Translations under genes and position numbers: made by a program
Notes under the pieces: generated by a model
The model's database searches: none
What the model was told of the DNA's origin: nothing
Seen by the model: the letters and a program-made list of their open reading frames with translations, nothing else
DNA from: Bacteroidales bacterium
GTDB taxonomy: Bacteria > Bacteroidota > Bacteroidia > Bacteroidales > DTGW01
DNA: 64,000 nt
NCBI GenBank assembly: GCA_049968755.1
Contig: JBMFQE010000007.1
Span: forward strand, 22,498-86,497
Direction of reading: 5' to 3'
Shown here: piece after piece, positions 35,307 to 43,725 of the stretch
Layout of the letters: each line of letters opens with the position of its first letter
Numbering within the stretch: the first letter of the stretch is position 1

Positions 35307-36650
35307 AAAAAATTATTCCTCTTATTTTTACTATTTGTGACCTTTGAAAATATTTTTTCACAAAATCCAGTAATACGGAATCAATTTACTGCCGATCCAT
35401 CGGCTCATGTCTTCAATGGCAAGGTGTACGTGTATCCTTCCCATGATATCCCGGTGCCCGAAGGAAAGGGATTGCGTAAAGATTGGTTTTGTATGGAGGA
35501 TTATCATGTCTTTTCTTCCAGTAATCTCGTCGATTGGGTTGATCATGGCGTAATACTTACGCAATACCAGGTGCCATGGGTCGATACTACAACTTATAGC
35601 CTGTGGGCACCCGATTGTGTTGAACGTAATGGTAAGTATTTTTTTTATTTTCCGGCAATTAGTCAAGAAAAGGATAGCGTAACTGGTAGAAAGCTGTTTC
35701 GCATAGGGGTTGCAATAGCCAATAAACCCGATGGACCATATGCTATTCAGCCCGAACCCATAAAGGGAATTGTAGGTATCGATCCCTGTGTGTTTATCGA
35801 TAAAGATGGTCAGGCTTATATCTATTGGTCGCTGGGTAATATTTATGTAGCAAAGCTGAAGGATAATATGCTTGAACTTGCCTCTGATCCTATCATTATT
35901 GAAAATTTGCCCCAAAAAGGTTTGAAAGAGGGTCCATGGGTTTTTGAGCGAAATGGCTTGTATTATCTTACTTTTCCTCATGTTGAGAATCAGATTGAAC
36001 GGCTCGAGTATGCCGTTGGAAGTAGTCCCATCGGACCATTCAAAATGACTGGGGTAATAATGGACGAGTCTCCTATGAACTGTTGGACCAATCATCATTC
36101 TATCATTGAATACAAGGGTCAGTGGTACTTGTTTTATCATCAAAATCATCTTTCGCCTCATTTCGATAAAAATCGTTCCATTTGTATCGATAGCCTCTTT
36201 TTTAATTCCGATGGAACCATTCGTAAGGTTGTACCTACTAATCGTGGAGTAGGGGTTACGGATGCTTCAAAAAGAATCGACATCGATAGATATAGTAAAA
36301 TTAGCGAAAAAGGTATTACTATTGCATTTATCGATTCTACCAAAACTTTCGTTGGATGGAAAACTATTTTCCATCAAAAAGATGCCTGGGTACAATACAA
36401 TAGCGTGAGCTTCGAAAATAAAAATTATAAAAATGTTATAATCAAATACCTGGCCGAGAGTGGAGGTGTAATAGAGCTCAAGCTAAATAACGTCAATAAT
36501 CCTTCCATTGCAAAAATGATTATTCCTCCAGCCAATCAATGGCAGATTGTTAAATTTAAAGTAAATGCATTAAAACCGGGATTGCATAATTTGTTGGTGT
36601 CATCTGCCGATGATAGAAAGGTTGAAATTGATTGGCTGACTTTTGAATGA
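35301..36650 (+). CDS. GH43 glycoside hydrolase with C-terminal CBM6-like module (arabinofuranosidase/xylosidase type)
   Basis: 449 aa with a signal peptide. GH43 motifs are NPVIRNQFTADPSAHVFNGKVYVYPSHD, LWAPDCVERNGKYFFYF and KEGPWVFERNGLYYLTF. The CBM6-like tail is AWVQYNSVSF...IDWLTFE. Confidence 0.9.
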   Translation: MMKKLFLLFLLFVTFENIFSQNPVIRNQFTADPSAHVFNGKVYVYPSHDIPVPEGKGLRKDWFCMEDYHVFSSSNLVDWVDHGVILTQYQVPWVDTTTYSLWAPDCVERNGKYFFYFPAISQEKDSVTGRKLFRIGVAIANKPDGPYAIQPEPIKGIVGIDPCVFIDKDGQAYIYWSLGNIYVAKLKDNMLELASDPIIIENLPQKGLKEGPWVFERNGLYYLTFPHVENQIERLEYAVGSSPIGPFKMTGVIMDESPMNCWTNHHSIIEYKGQWYLFYHQNHLSPHFDKNRSICIDSLFFNSDGTIRKVVPTNRGVGVTDASKRIDIDRYSKISEKGITIAFIDSTKTFVGWKTIFHQKDAWVQYNSVSFENKNYKNVIIKYLAESGGVIELKLNNVNNPSIAKMIIPPANQWQIVKFKVNALKPGLHNLLVSSADDRKVEIDWLTFE

Positions 36651-36838
36651 TTTGATTTTAGAAATTAACCTTGACGAGGGAAAAAATGTTTTTTGCTAAC
36701 AAACAGATAGCTATAGCTCCGGCTCTTGAACGTTCTTTACATTTAAATGCCTATTTCGAAACATTTACAGGCAGGCTTATCAGCGGAAGTTTGATATTTT
36801 TCGGAAAAAAAATTAATAGTCATTAACTCACATGAATT

Positions 36839-39256
36839 ATGAAAACAATAAAGCTACTCAGCGTTGTGTTTTTATTTTGGTCAGCACTGTCAACTATTGT
36901 TTCGCAGCCGAATACTCAACAGCCCTACTTTCAGCCGACATTCGAGTCGCTGGAAAGGGCTAATCCTGTTCCTGAATGGTTTAAGGATGCCAAGTTTGGC
37001 ATTTACTTCCATTGGGGCGTTTATTCAGTCCCGGCCTATGCCAATGAATGGTATCCCCGGAACATGTACGTTGCGGGTTCGAACGAAAATAAGCATCATA
37101 CCGAGAAGTATGGCGACATCTCTGTGTGGCCATATCATAATTTTATTCTGGGCGCACCAGATAAGGAGGGCAACTTTGTGCAGTTTGCTCCCCGTCTGAA
37201 ATCGGAAGGGGGCAATTTCGACCCCGACGAATGGGCTCAGCTTTTTGCCGATGCGGGAGTTAAATTTGCTGGCATGGTGGCTGAGCATCACGATGGCTTC
37301 TCAATGTGGGCAAGTAAGGTAAATCCATGGAATGCAAAGGATATGGGACCCAAACTCGATTTGGTGGGCTTGCTCAGCAAGGCTATCCGCCAGAGAAATC
37401 TAAAATTATTGCTTTCTATGCATCATGCTTACAACATTACCGGATACTTTGAGTATGTCCCTAAAACCGATGACCCCAAACTGCAGATGCTTTATGGCCA
37501 ACAGGGGAAGGAAAAAAACGAAGCCCTCTGGTTGGCTAAACATAAGGAAATTATCGATGGCTATCAACCCGATATTATTTACCAGGATTTTAACCTGCAC
37601 CAGCTATCCGAACCCGTCCTGCTCGGCTTTCTGTCTTATTACTACAACCGGGCAATCGATTGGAACAAGGAAGTGGTTGCTACCTTTAAGGATGGCTTAA
37701 ATACGAAATGTGCTGTTCTTGACTACGAGCGTGGGGGACCTACTTCGCTTACCGACATTTACTGGCTTTCCGATGATGCTGTGAGCCCAACAAGCTGGTG
37801 TTATACCGAAGGTCTCGCCTATTATTCGTACAAACAATTGCTGCATTCGTTAATCGACAAGGTTAGCAAAAACGGCAACTTGCTACTTAACATCTCACCC
37901 CGCGCCGATGGTTCAATTCCTCAAGAACAAAAGGATATTCTGCTGGCCATTGGCAGGTGGCTTAAAAAATACGGCGAAGCCATTTACAATACCCGTGCCT
38001 GGCAATGGTATGGCGAAGGACCTACAAAGATGGGCGCTAACCACGGCGTATTTATTGCACCGCAGGAAGGCACAGCCCAGGATATCCGTTACACCCGATC
38101 GAAAAACAATACAACCCTCTATGCCATATTGCTCGGATGGGACAAAGCACAGAAGGATGTAAAGCTAACCTTGCTGGGTGCCGATCATATCAACTTAAAA
38201 AACCTAAAGTTGGTAGAAATGATTATGGGCGAAACAAAAAGATATCAGCCCTTGTCTTACAACCAACTCAATGATGGCTTACTGGTTAGTTTGCCCGATA
38301 CCTTTTTCGATGAGCCGGCATACGTTATTCGGCTAAGCTTCGATGGCTACATCCCACCTCTCGATAATTACGCCGATATCAATTGTTCCCTGAATTATTT
38401 CCTGATACCAGCTAACAATAATGGCAGTCTGGTACTTGGGTACGATTTAACTCTTACAAAGGGAAGGAAAAACTACGAAAATCAATGGAAGCTTGAGTCC
38501 GCAGGCAAAGGTTTTTATAAAATCATCAATCGGAAAAACAATAATCAGGTGCTGGAGTATAATGCTTCAAAGCAGGGTATTGAGATCGCAAAAGAGCGTG
38601 GCCAGGACAATCAACAATGGAAAATCGAAACTATCTATTACGGAATGCTGAGAATTACCAATAAGCAATTCCCCCATAAAGTTTTGATCGTTAAGGGGGA
38701 GGTTGCTGAAGGAAGTAAAGTGGATGTCGGCGATGCTAATGCTACCTCTTTTGCTGGATGGCAACTGAAGGAAGTATGTGATGTAGCCCAGCAGGCCTAT
38801 AAACTGAATACCATACCGGGTACCATCGAAGCCGAGGATTTTGATAGGGGTTGCCCCGACGATGCTTACCACGACAGGAATGAGGTAAACGAGGGTGGTC
38901 AGTATCGTTTACAGGAAGGGGTGGATATCGAAAAATGTTCGGCCGGTGGATATAATGTTGGCTGGATCAACAGAGGCGAATGGCTGGCTTATACCGTCAC
39001 GGTCGAAAAACCAGCTACCTATGAGGTGTCATTGTACCTTGCTGCGGCTTTCGAAGGGGGTAAGTTTCACCTCGAATGCGACGACAAAGATGTATCTGGC
39101 ACAATTGTGGTGCCCAGCACAGGCGGATTTCAAAACTGGACAGTGGTGAAGAAACCCATAAAACTTGAAGCAGGTACCCATGTGCTCAAATTTGTAGCCG
39201 ATGGCGATAATTTTAATATCGATAAGATGGTGTTTGAAATTGCAGGGAAAAAGTAA
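36839..39256 (+). CDS. GH29 alpha-L-fucosidase-family enzyme with ricin-B-like lectin module and C-terminal CBM6
   Basis: 805 aa. The GH29 core has KFGIYFHWGVYSVPAYANEWYPRNMY, AGMVAEHHDGFSMW and NGNLLLNISPRADGSIP. The ricin-type repeats carry NQW / QQW / AGW (QxW) motifs. The CBM6 segment is IEAEDFD...GWINRGEWLAY...TGGFQNW...NIDKMVFE. Confidence 0.9.
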   Translation: MKTIKLLSVVFLFWSALSTIVSQPNTQQPYFQPTFESLERANPVPEWFKDAKFGIYFHWGVYSVPAYANEWYPRNMYVAGSNENKHHTEKYGDISVWPYHNFILGAPDKEGNFVQFAPRLKSEGGNFDPDEWAQLFADAGVKFAGMVAEHHDGFSMWASKVNPWNAKDMGPKLDLVGLLSKAIRQRNLKLLLSMHHAYNITGYFEYVPKTDDPKLQMLYGQQGKEKNEALWLAKHKEIIDGYQPDIIYQDFNLHQLSEPVLLGFLSYYYNRAIDWNKEVVATFKDGLNTKCAVLDYERGGPTSLTDIYWLSDDAVSPTSWCYTEGLAYYSYKQLLHSLIDKVSKNGNLLLNISPRADGSIPQEQKDILLAIGRWLKKYGEAIYNTRAWQWYGEGPTKMGANHGVFIAPQEGTAQDIRYTRSKNNTTLYAILLGWDKAQKDVKLTLLGADHINLKNLKLVEMIMGETKRYQPLSYNQLNDGLLVSLPDTFFDEPAYVIRLSFDGYIPPLDNYADINCSLNYFLIPANNNGSLVLGYDLTLTKGRKNYENQWKLESAGKGFYKIINRKNNNQVLEYNASKQGIEIAKERGQDNQQWKIETIYYGMLRITNKQFPHKVLIVKGEVAEGSKVDVGDANATSFAGWQLKEVCDVAQQAYKLNTIPGTIEAEDFDRGCPDDAYHDRNEVNEGGQYRLQEGVDIEKCSAGGYNVGWINRGEWLAYTVTVEKPATYEVSLYLAAAFEGGKFHLECDDKDVSGTIVVPSTGGFQNWTVVKKPIKLEAGTHVLKFVADGDNFNIDKMVFEIAGKK

Positions 39257-39265
39257 ACAGCTGTC

Positions 39266-39302
39266 GGATGAAATAAATAGCAGGATGAGATTTATTTCAT
39301 TC
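39266..39302 (+). terminator. A/T-rich hairpin followed by a T-rich tract, downstream of GH29
   Basis: atgaaataaat / atttatttcat form an 11-bp stem with an 11-nt loop. The downstream sequence is ggttcttttaggcttttttt. Confidence 0.5.
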
Positions 39303-39350
39303 CGGGTTCTTTTAGGCTTTTTTTCGATTGGATTAGATGTTACCTAATTA

Positions 39351-39380
39351 TAAGAAAGCTGCTGTAAAGCAGCTTTCTTA
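39351..39380. terminator. Perfect 12-bp hairpin between convergent GH29 and GNAT genes
   Basis: taagaaagctgc / gcagctttctta with loop tgtaaa. Confidence 0.55.
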
Positions 39381-39443
39381 TGCCATTTCCACAACGGCTT
39401 TTATTTGAGTCTCTTGTAACGTCATGTCCACATCTGGCTACCC

Positions 39444-39923
39444 TTACAACCACTTTGTCCAGAAGTACATAGGAGGTTCTGTGTCGGCAAAGCCCAGCTC
39501 ACGATACAGATGTTGTGCCGGAAGGTTGTCGTGGCGCACCTCAAGGGTGACCTTGCAGTAATTACGCTCACGGGCTATTGCTATTATCCTTTCAAGTAGT
39601 TGCCGACCAATACCTTGCCCTCTATATGCTGGCAGCACTGCAATGTCGTGAACGTTGAAGTAGGGTCGGGCATAAAAAGTAGAGATACCTATAAAGGCCG
39701 TGCAAATACCTACATAATTCTCATTTACCCTGGCTAGTAGAACGAGTTTAGCTGGATGTGCCGACAGAACCGCTGACAGATTTTCCTTTACATGGTCAGC
39801 CATCCTTTCACCGCCTCCCATCGGATCCAACATGTAGGCTGCAGTGAGTTCTCCTATTGCCTTCAAATGCTCAGGATCTTCAAAATTACATTCAATAATC
39901 TTTGCAGATTGTTGCATATCCAT
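39444..39923 (-). CDS. GNAT-family N-acetyltransferase
   Basis: 159 aa. The acetyl-CoA binding motif is VLPAYRGQGIGRQLLERII and the C-terminal segment is A..LYRELGF. Confidence 0.85.
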   Translation of the reverse strand: MDMQQSAKIIECNFEDPEHLKAIGELTAAYMLDPMGGGERMADHVKENLSAVLSAHPAKLVLLARVNENYVGICTAFIGISTFYARPYFNVHDIAVLPAYRGQGIGRQLLERIIAIARERNYCKVTLEVRHDNLPAQHLYRELGFADTEPPMYFWTKWL

Positions 39924-40006
39924 GCTTGCAATAAAATTGCAACTTTTAGTTACCCTCTACGTATAAGACAAAAGTAAACATATTTACAAACTTAAAGGTA
40001 AAGGAA

Positions 40007-40417
40007 ATGGAAATAATTAAGTGGAGCGATAGCTATAGTGTTAAGATTGCAAGTATCGACAGGCAGCATCAATCCCTGTTTGATGCTTTAAATGCCTTTT
40101 ATGAAGGTATAGTTCAACAAAAGGACACTCATGATGCTTTATTACAGCTCCTTACAAAATTACGGGATTATACGGAGTATCATTTTCAGTGGGAAGAACA
40201 ATTGATGCATCGTTACCAATATCCCGGCTTTACTCTGCACAAGAAAGAACACGATGAATTTATTAAGAAAGTAAATGAAATAGCTGAACGGGTAAAGACA
40301 GGCAAGCTGGTGATTAGCATCGAAATTACCAACATGATCAAGGAGTGGATAGAAAATCATATTCGTAAGACCGATAAGGAATACAGTGCCTATTTATTGT
40401 CTCATGGTGTGCATTAG
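40007..40417 (+). CDS. Bacteriohemerythrin (hemerythrin-like metal-binding protein)
   Basis: 136 aa. WSDSYSVKIASIDRQHQSLF, HFQWEEQLM, HKKEHDEF and WIENHIRKTDKEY supply the spaced His/Glu/Asp ligands of hemerythrin domains. Confidence 0.85.
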   Translation: MEIIKWSDSYSVKIASIDRQHQSLFDALNAFYEGIVQQKDTHDALLQLLTKLRDYTEYHFQWEEQLMHRYQYPGFTLHKKEHDEFIKKVNEIAERVKTGKLVISIEITNMIKEWIENHIRKTDKEYSAYLLSHGVH

Positions 40418-40515
40418 TCTGATAAGTAATTTATTTTCATACAAAAGGGCTAATTTTGTTCCCTGTTAGGAAACTTTGAACGATTTTTGTTGTTTAAACT
40501 AAAAAGCAGGTAGGT

Positions 40516-40833
40516 ATGAGCAACAAAATTTTGCAACTGGAATCAGAAATAGCCACGGTGCTAAAGACCATATACGACCCCGAAATTCCGGTCAACATTT
40601 TTGATTTGGGTCTGATTTATGAAATCAACATTGATGATAATTTCAATGTTGAGATAGTAATGACCATGACGGCTCCCAATTGCCCTATGGCCGATGAGCT
40701 GGTGGTTGAGGTACACGAAAAGGTAAAGGCCATAGAAGGGGTTAAGGATGTAAAGGTTAACCTCACTTTCGACCCACCATGGAACAAAGATATGATGAGC
40801 GAAGAAGCCATGCTTGAGCTGGGTTTATTATAA
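40516..40833 (+). CDS. DUF59/SufT-like Fe-S cluster assembly protein
   Basis: 105 aa. The segments are LKTIYDPEIPVNIFDLGLIY, TMTAPNCPMA and FDPPWNKDMMSEEA. Confidence 0.8.
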   Translation: MSNKILQLESEIATVLKTIYDPEIPVNIFDLGLIYEINIDDNFNVEIVMTMTAPNCPMADELVVEVHEKVKAIEGVKDVKVNLTFDPPWNKDMMSEEAMLELGLL

Positions 40834-40842
40834 ATTCTATCG

Positions 40843-41796
40843 GTGGATATCGAAACCCTCACACAATTCATTAAAGCCAAAGCCATTGCGCTGGGATTTG
40901 ATGCCTGCGGTATAGCCCGAGCGGAAAGGCTGGAAGAGGATGAATATCGTTTACAGCAATGGCTAAGCAAAGGCTATCACGCTGGCATGCAGTGGATGGC
41001 TAATCATGTGGATAAGCGGATTAACCCACAACTGCTATTTGAGGGCACACGCTCTATCGTTGTGGTTTTAAAAAATTATGCGCCTGCACACTATCCCTTT
41101 GCTAATCGAAAGTACAAAATTGCCCGCTATGCCCTGGGGGTCGATTACCATCGGGTCATGAAAAAGCAACTTCAACGCTTGCTTTATGAAATTCAACAAA
41201 CTTTTGGCAATCATATTCGGGGTCGTTGTTTTGTTGATTCGGCTCCGGTAATGGAGCGTACCTGGGCACAACGAGCTGGTCTGGGCTGGATCGGGAAAAA
41301 TAGCCTGCTGCTCAACCGACGGCTGGGGTCATATTTTTTTATCGGGGAAATTTTCCTGGATATCGAGCTGGCTTATGATAAGCCTATCAATAATTTGTGT
41401 GGTACCTGTACCTATTGCATCGATGCCTGTCCTACGGGTGCTATTGTAGCCCCTATGGTGATAGATGCCAGTCGCTGTATTTCCTATCAAACCATCGAAA
41501 ATAAGAATGATATCGATGAACCAGTGAAGGGAAAATTGCAGGGATGGATTTTTGGTTGTGATATATGTCAGGAGGTGTGCCCCTGGAATTTCCGTGCTAA
41601 CCCCCACCACGAACCCGCATTCGAAGCCAGTCCGGCTTTGAAGGAGTTAACAGATGAACAGTTGGAAAATTTAACCGAAGAGTCCTATTCCTGTCTTTTT
41701 GCCCGCTCGCCGGTAAAAAGAGCAAAATATCCAAAATTGCTTCATAATATTAGGATAAATCAAAAATATAGTCTAAAAGCCAGTAAGGTTAATTAA
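40843..41796 (+). CDS. queG: tRNA epoxyqueuosine(34) reductase
   Basis: 317 aa with a GTG start. Motifs are GFDACGIA, GYHAGMQWM, GLGWIGKNSLLLN and two 4Fe-4S motifs (CGTCTYCIDACP; CDICQEVCPWN). Confidence 0.9.
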   Translation: MDIETLTQFIKAKAIALGFDACGIARAERLEEDEYRLQQWLSKGYHAGMQWMANHVDKRINPQLLFEGTRSIVVVLKNYAPAHYPFANRKYKIARYALGVDYHRVMKKQLQRLLYEIQQTFGNHIRGRCFVDSAPVMERTWAQRAGLGWIGKNSLLLNRRLGSYFFIGEIFLDIELAYDKPINNLCGTCTYCIDACPTGAIVAPMVIDASRCISYQTIENKNDIDEPVKGKLQGWIFGCDICQEVCPWNFRANPHHEPAFEASPALKELTDEQLENLTEESYSCLFARSPVKRAKYPKLLHNIRINQKYSLKASKVN

Positions 41797-41834
41797 ATTT
41801 GCAGTAACAGCAATTAAGCTAAGCTATCATCTGC

Positions 41835-42404
41835 ATGAAAACAGGCTTGTTTTTTGGATCGTTTAATCCCATCCACGTCGGGCATCTGGTTATTGCCAAC
41901 TACATGGTCGAGTTTACCGATATCCAGCAGGTGTGGTTTGTGGTAAGTCCGCAAAATCCTTTTAAGAAAAAAAGTACCTTGCTGGCCGATTATCACCGGA
42001 TGGCACTGGTGCGTGAGGCTATATATGACGATCGTCGTTTCCGTGCCTGTGATATAGAGATGAAAATGCCTCAGCCATCCTACACCATCGATACCCTGGC
42101 CTATTTGCGCGATCAATACCCCGATCGGCAGTTTGTTATTATCATGGGTTCCGATGGTCTACCTACTTTTAATCAGTGGAAAAATTACCAAGAAATCATC
42201 CGTACCACAACACGATATGTGTATCCGCGCCCTGGATTTGAATGCAACCCCCACGAACATCCCAATTGTGTGTTTGTGCCAGCTCCCCTGATAGAAATAT
42301 CAGCTTCCTTTATTCGCAATTGTATTAAAAAGAAAAAGGACGTACGCTATTTTTTACATGCCCGCGTGTACGACTACATCCGCGAAATGCATTTCTACGA
42401 GTAA
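41835..42404 (+). CDS. nadD: Nicotinate-nucleotide adenylyltransferase
   Basis: 189 aa. Motifs are GLFFGSFNPIHVGHL (the (H/T)xGH motif), SYTIDTL and ISASFIR (the ISSTxxR-like motif). Confidence 0.9.
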   Translation: MKTGLFFGSFNPIHVGHLVIANYMVEFTDIQQVWFVVSPQNPFKKKSTLLADYHRMALVREAIYDDRRFRACDIEMKMPQPSYTIDTLAYLRDQYPDRQFVIIMGSDGLPTFNQWKNYQEIIRTTTRYVYPRPGFECNPHEHPNCVFVPAPLIEISASFIRNCIKKKKDVRYFLHARVYDYIREMHFYE

Positions 42405-42790
42405 CAAAGCACATCCTTCACAGCCTCGATAATATCTTTTATTCCGGCTGGCTTTGATAGGAAGGCTTTTACCCCTAGCGAACGGGCGCGTTTTTCACTT
42501 TCTTCCGATGCGTTGGCAGTTAGCATAATCACAGGAATGTTGGCCAGCTCTGCCTGTGCTTTCATGCTCTGCAATAAATCGAATCCATCCATCCCCGGCA
42601 TCATCAGGTCAAGTATGATTAAATTGGGTTTCTCCTTTTGTAAGCTCTTCAATGCACTCTTTGCCTGCTCACATACCACTACTTCGTATCCCTCATCGCT
42701 CAGGATGCTGGTATACAATAGGTTGTTTGTTGAAGAATCGTCAATGAGCATAATTTTGGGACGTGTCATGGCCTTATAATTTTTTATCAA
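42395..42790 (-). CDS. Stand-alone response-regulator receiver protein (CheY-like)
   Basis: 131 aa containing only a REC domain. Motifs are KIMLIDDS, LIILDLMMPGMDG (phospho-acceptor Asp), IPVIMLTA and FLSKP. Confidence 0.9.
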   Translation of the reverse strand: MIKNYKAMTRPKIMLIDDSSTNNLLYTSILSDEGYEVVVCEQAKSALKSLQKEKPNLIILDLMMPGMDGFDLLQSMKAQAELANIPVIMLTANASEESEKRARSLGVKAFLSKPAGIKDIIEAVKDVLCYS

Positions 42791-42811
42791 AAATAATTAA
42801 AAAGTTTAAAA

Positions 42812-43276
42812 TTAATTAGCAAGGTATATGGCCGGAAAAACATTCTTTCCCTCACAACTTTTCCATAGTAAGGGTAAATTGAGAATGGTTAAAGGTTTAT
42901 TTTCATAATTGACGATCACCTCCTTGTACGAATTGGCTGTTGTGGATTGAAAATTGAATGGGTAGCTCAGCAAATCATCCAACATTGTTACTTCTGTAAT
43001 CTCATCATAGGTAAGTCCGATTATTTCTTTTTTCTTTTTTTCTGTAATTATCTCAGCAAGCAGGATATTGACTTTATCTTTACTTTTATATTGATAAAGA
43101 TGATGAAGGTTTATGTAAGGTATCGACATACCCCAGATGTCAATCCTGTTGATGAGCTTATTCTTTTCCTTTTCGGTAGGTAAGGTCACGTTCTTGAGAA
43201 TATTTACCAGCTGACTGGCTTTTATGCCCAATATTTTATCATTTACCTTAAAAATCAAAAATTTTGACATTCTCAT
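42812..43276 (-). CDS. CheW-like coupling-domain protein (divergent)
   Basis: 154 aa. The pattern FLIFKVNDKILGIKASQLVNIL ... IWGMSIPYINLHHLY ... IIGLTYDEITEVTML ... LTILNLPLL follows the CheW fold consensus. The call rests on pattern recognition only. Confidence 0.6.
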   Translation of the reverse strand: MRMSKFLIFKVNDKILGIKASQLVNILKNVTLPTEKEKNKLINRIDIWGMSIPYINLHHLYQYKSKDKVNILLAEIITEKKKKEIIGLTYDEITEVTMLDDLLSYPFNFQSTTANSYKEVIVNYENKPLTILNLPLLWKSCEGKNVFPAIYLAN

Positions 43277-43725
43277 TGTTTTCTGATTTGGATTATACCC
43301 AAAGTTACGTTTCTACTTTTGGGTTTCCGATAAAAACGGCATGATAAAAATTGGAATTTGATATGAAAAATATCATTTCTACTGATAAGATAAACTTCCA
43401 GTAGGCTACTGACGAAAACAAACAATGCGCACAACTCAGGGGGATATCAACATCGTTACCTGTGCCTATATTTAAGCAATAAAAGATATTAAAAGGTGTT
43501 GTTTGGGGAGGAGAAGTTTATGTCTTGCTGCTACAGTTGTTTAAAATTTTGAAAGCAAAGTCTTTGTGTCAAAATTACAATTATTTTTTTGTAATATTGC
43601 AGAAATATTATAGCAATTTATGCCTGAATTTTTATTACTTTTCCAAATAAATAACGTAAAAAGCAATTGGATTACTGTTGTAAAAGTAAGAAATAACAAC
43701 AATAAGAAAATTAAAGGGGATACTT

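Noticed and set aside
35358-36161. Large antisense or alternative-frame ORFs inside confidently called genes. Examples are 267 aa at 35358-36161 (-), 197 aa at 27137-27730 (-), 150 aa at 12365-12817 (-), 147 aa at 49077-49520 (+), 151 aa at 53424-53879 (+), 141 aa at 57626-58051 (+), and many 60-130-aa ORFs in the track.
   Set aside because: They lie entirely within genes that have strong family signatures on the other strand or frame. They have odd composition (Ile/Phe/Ser-rich, no motifs). They are the expected shadow ORFs of long genes in a moderate-GC genome.
42395-42404. Convergent gene-end overlaps: nadD / response regulator (10 nt), and acpH / recQ at 52533-52536 (4 nt).
   Set aside because: These are ordinary genome compaction at convergent stops, and nothing suggests functional coupling.
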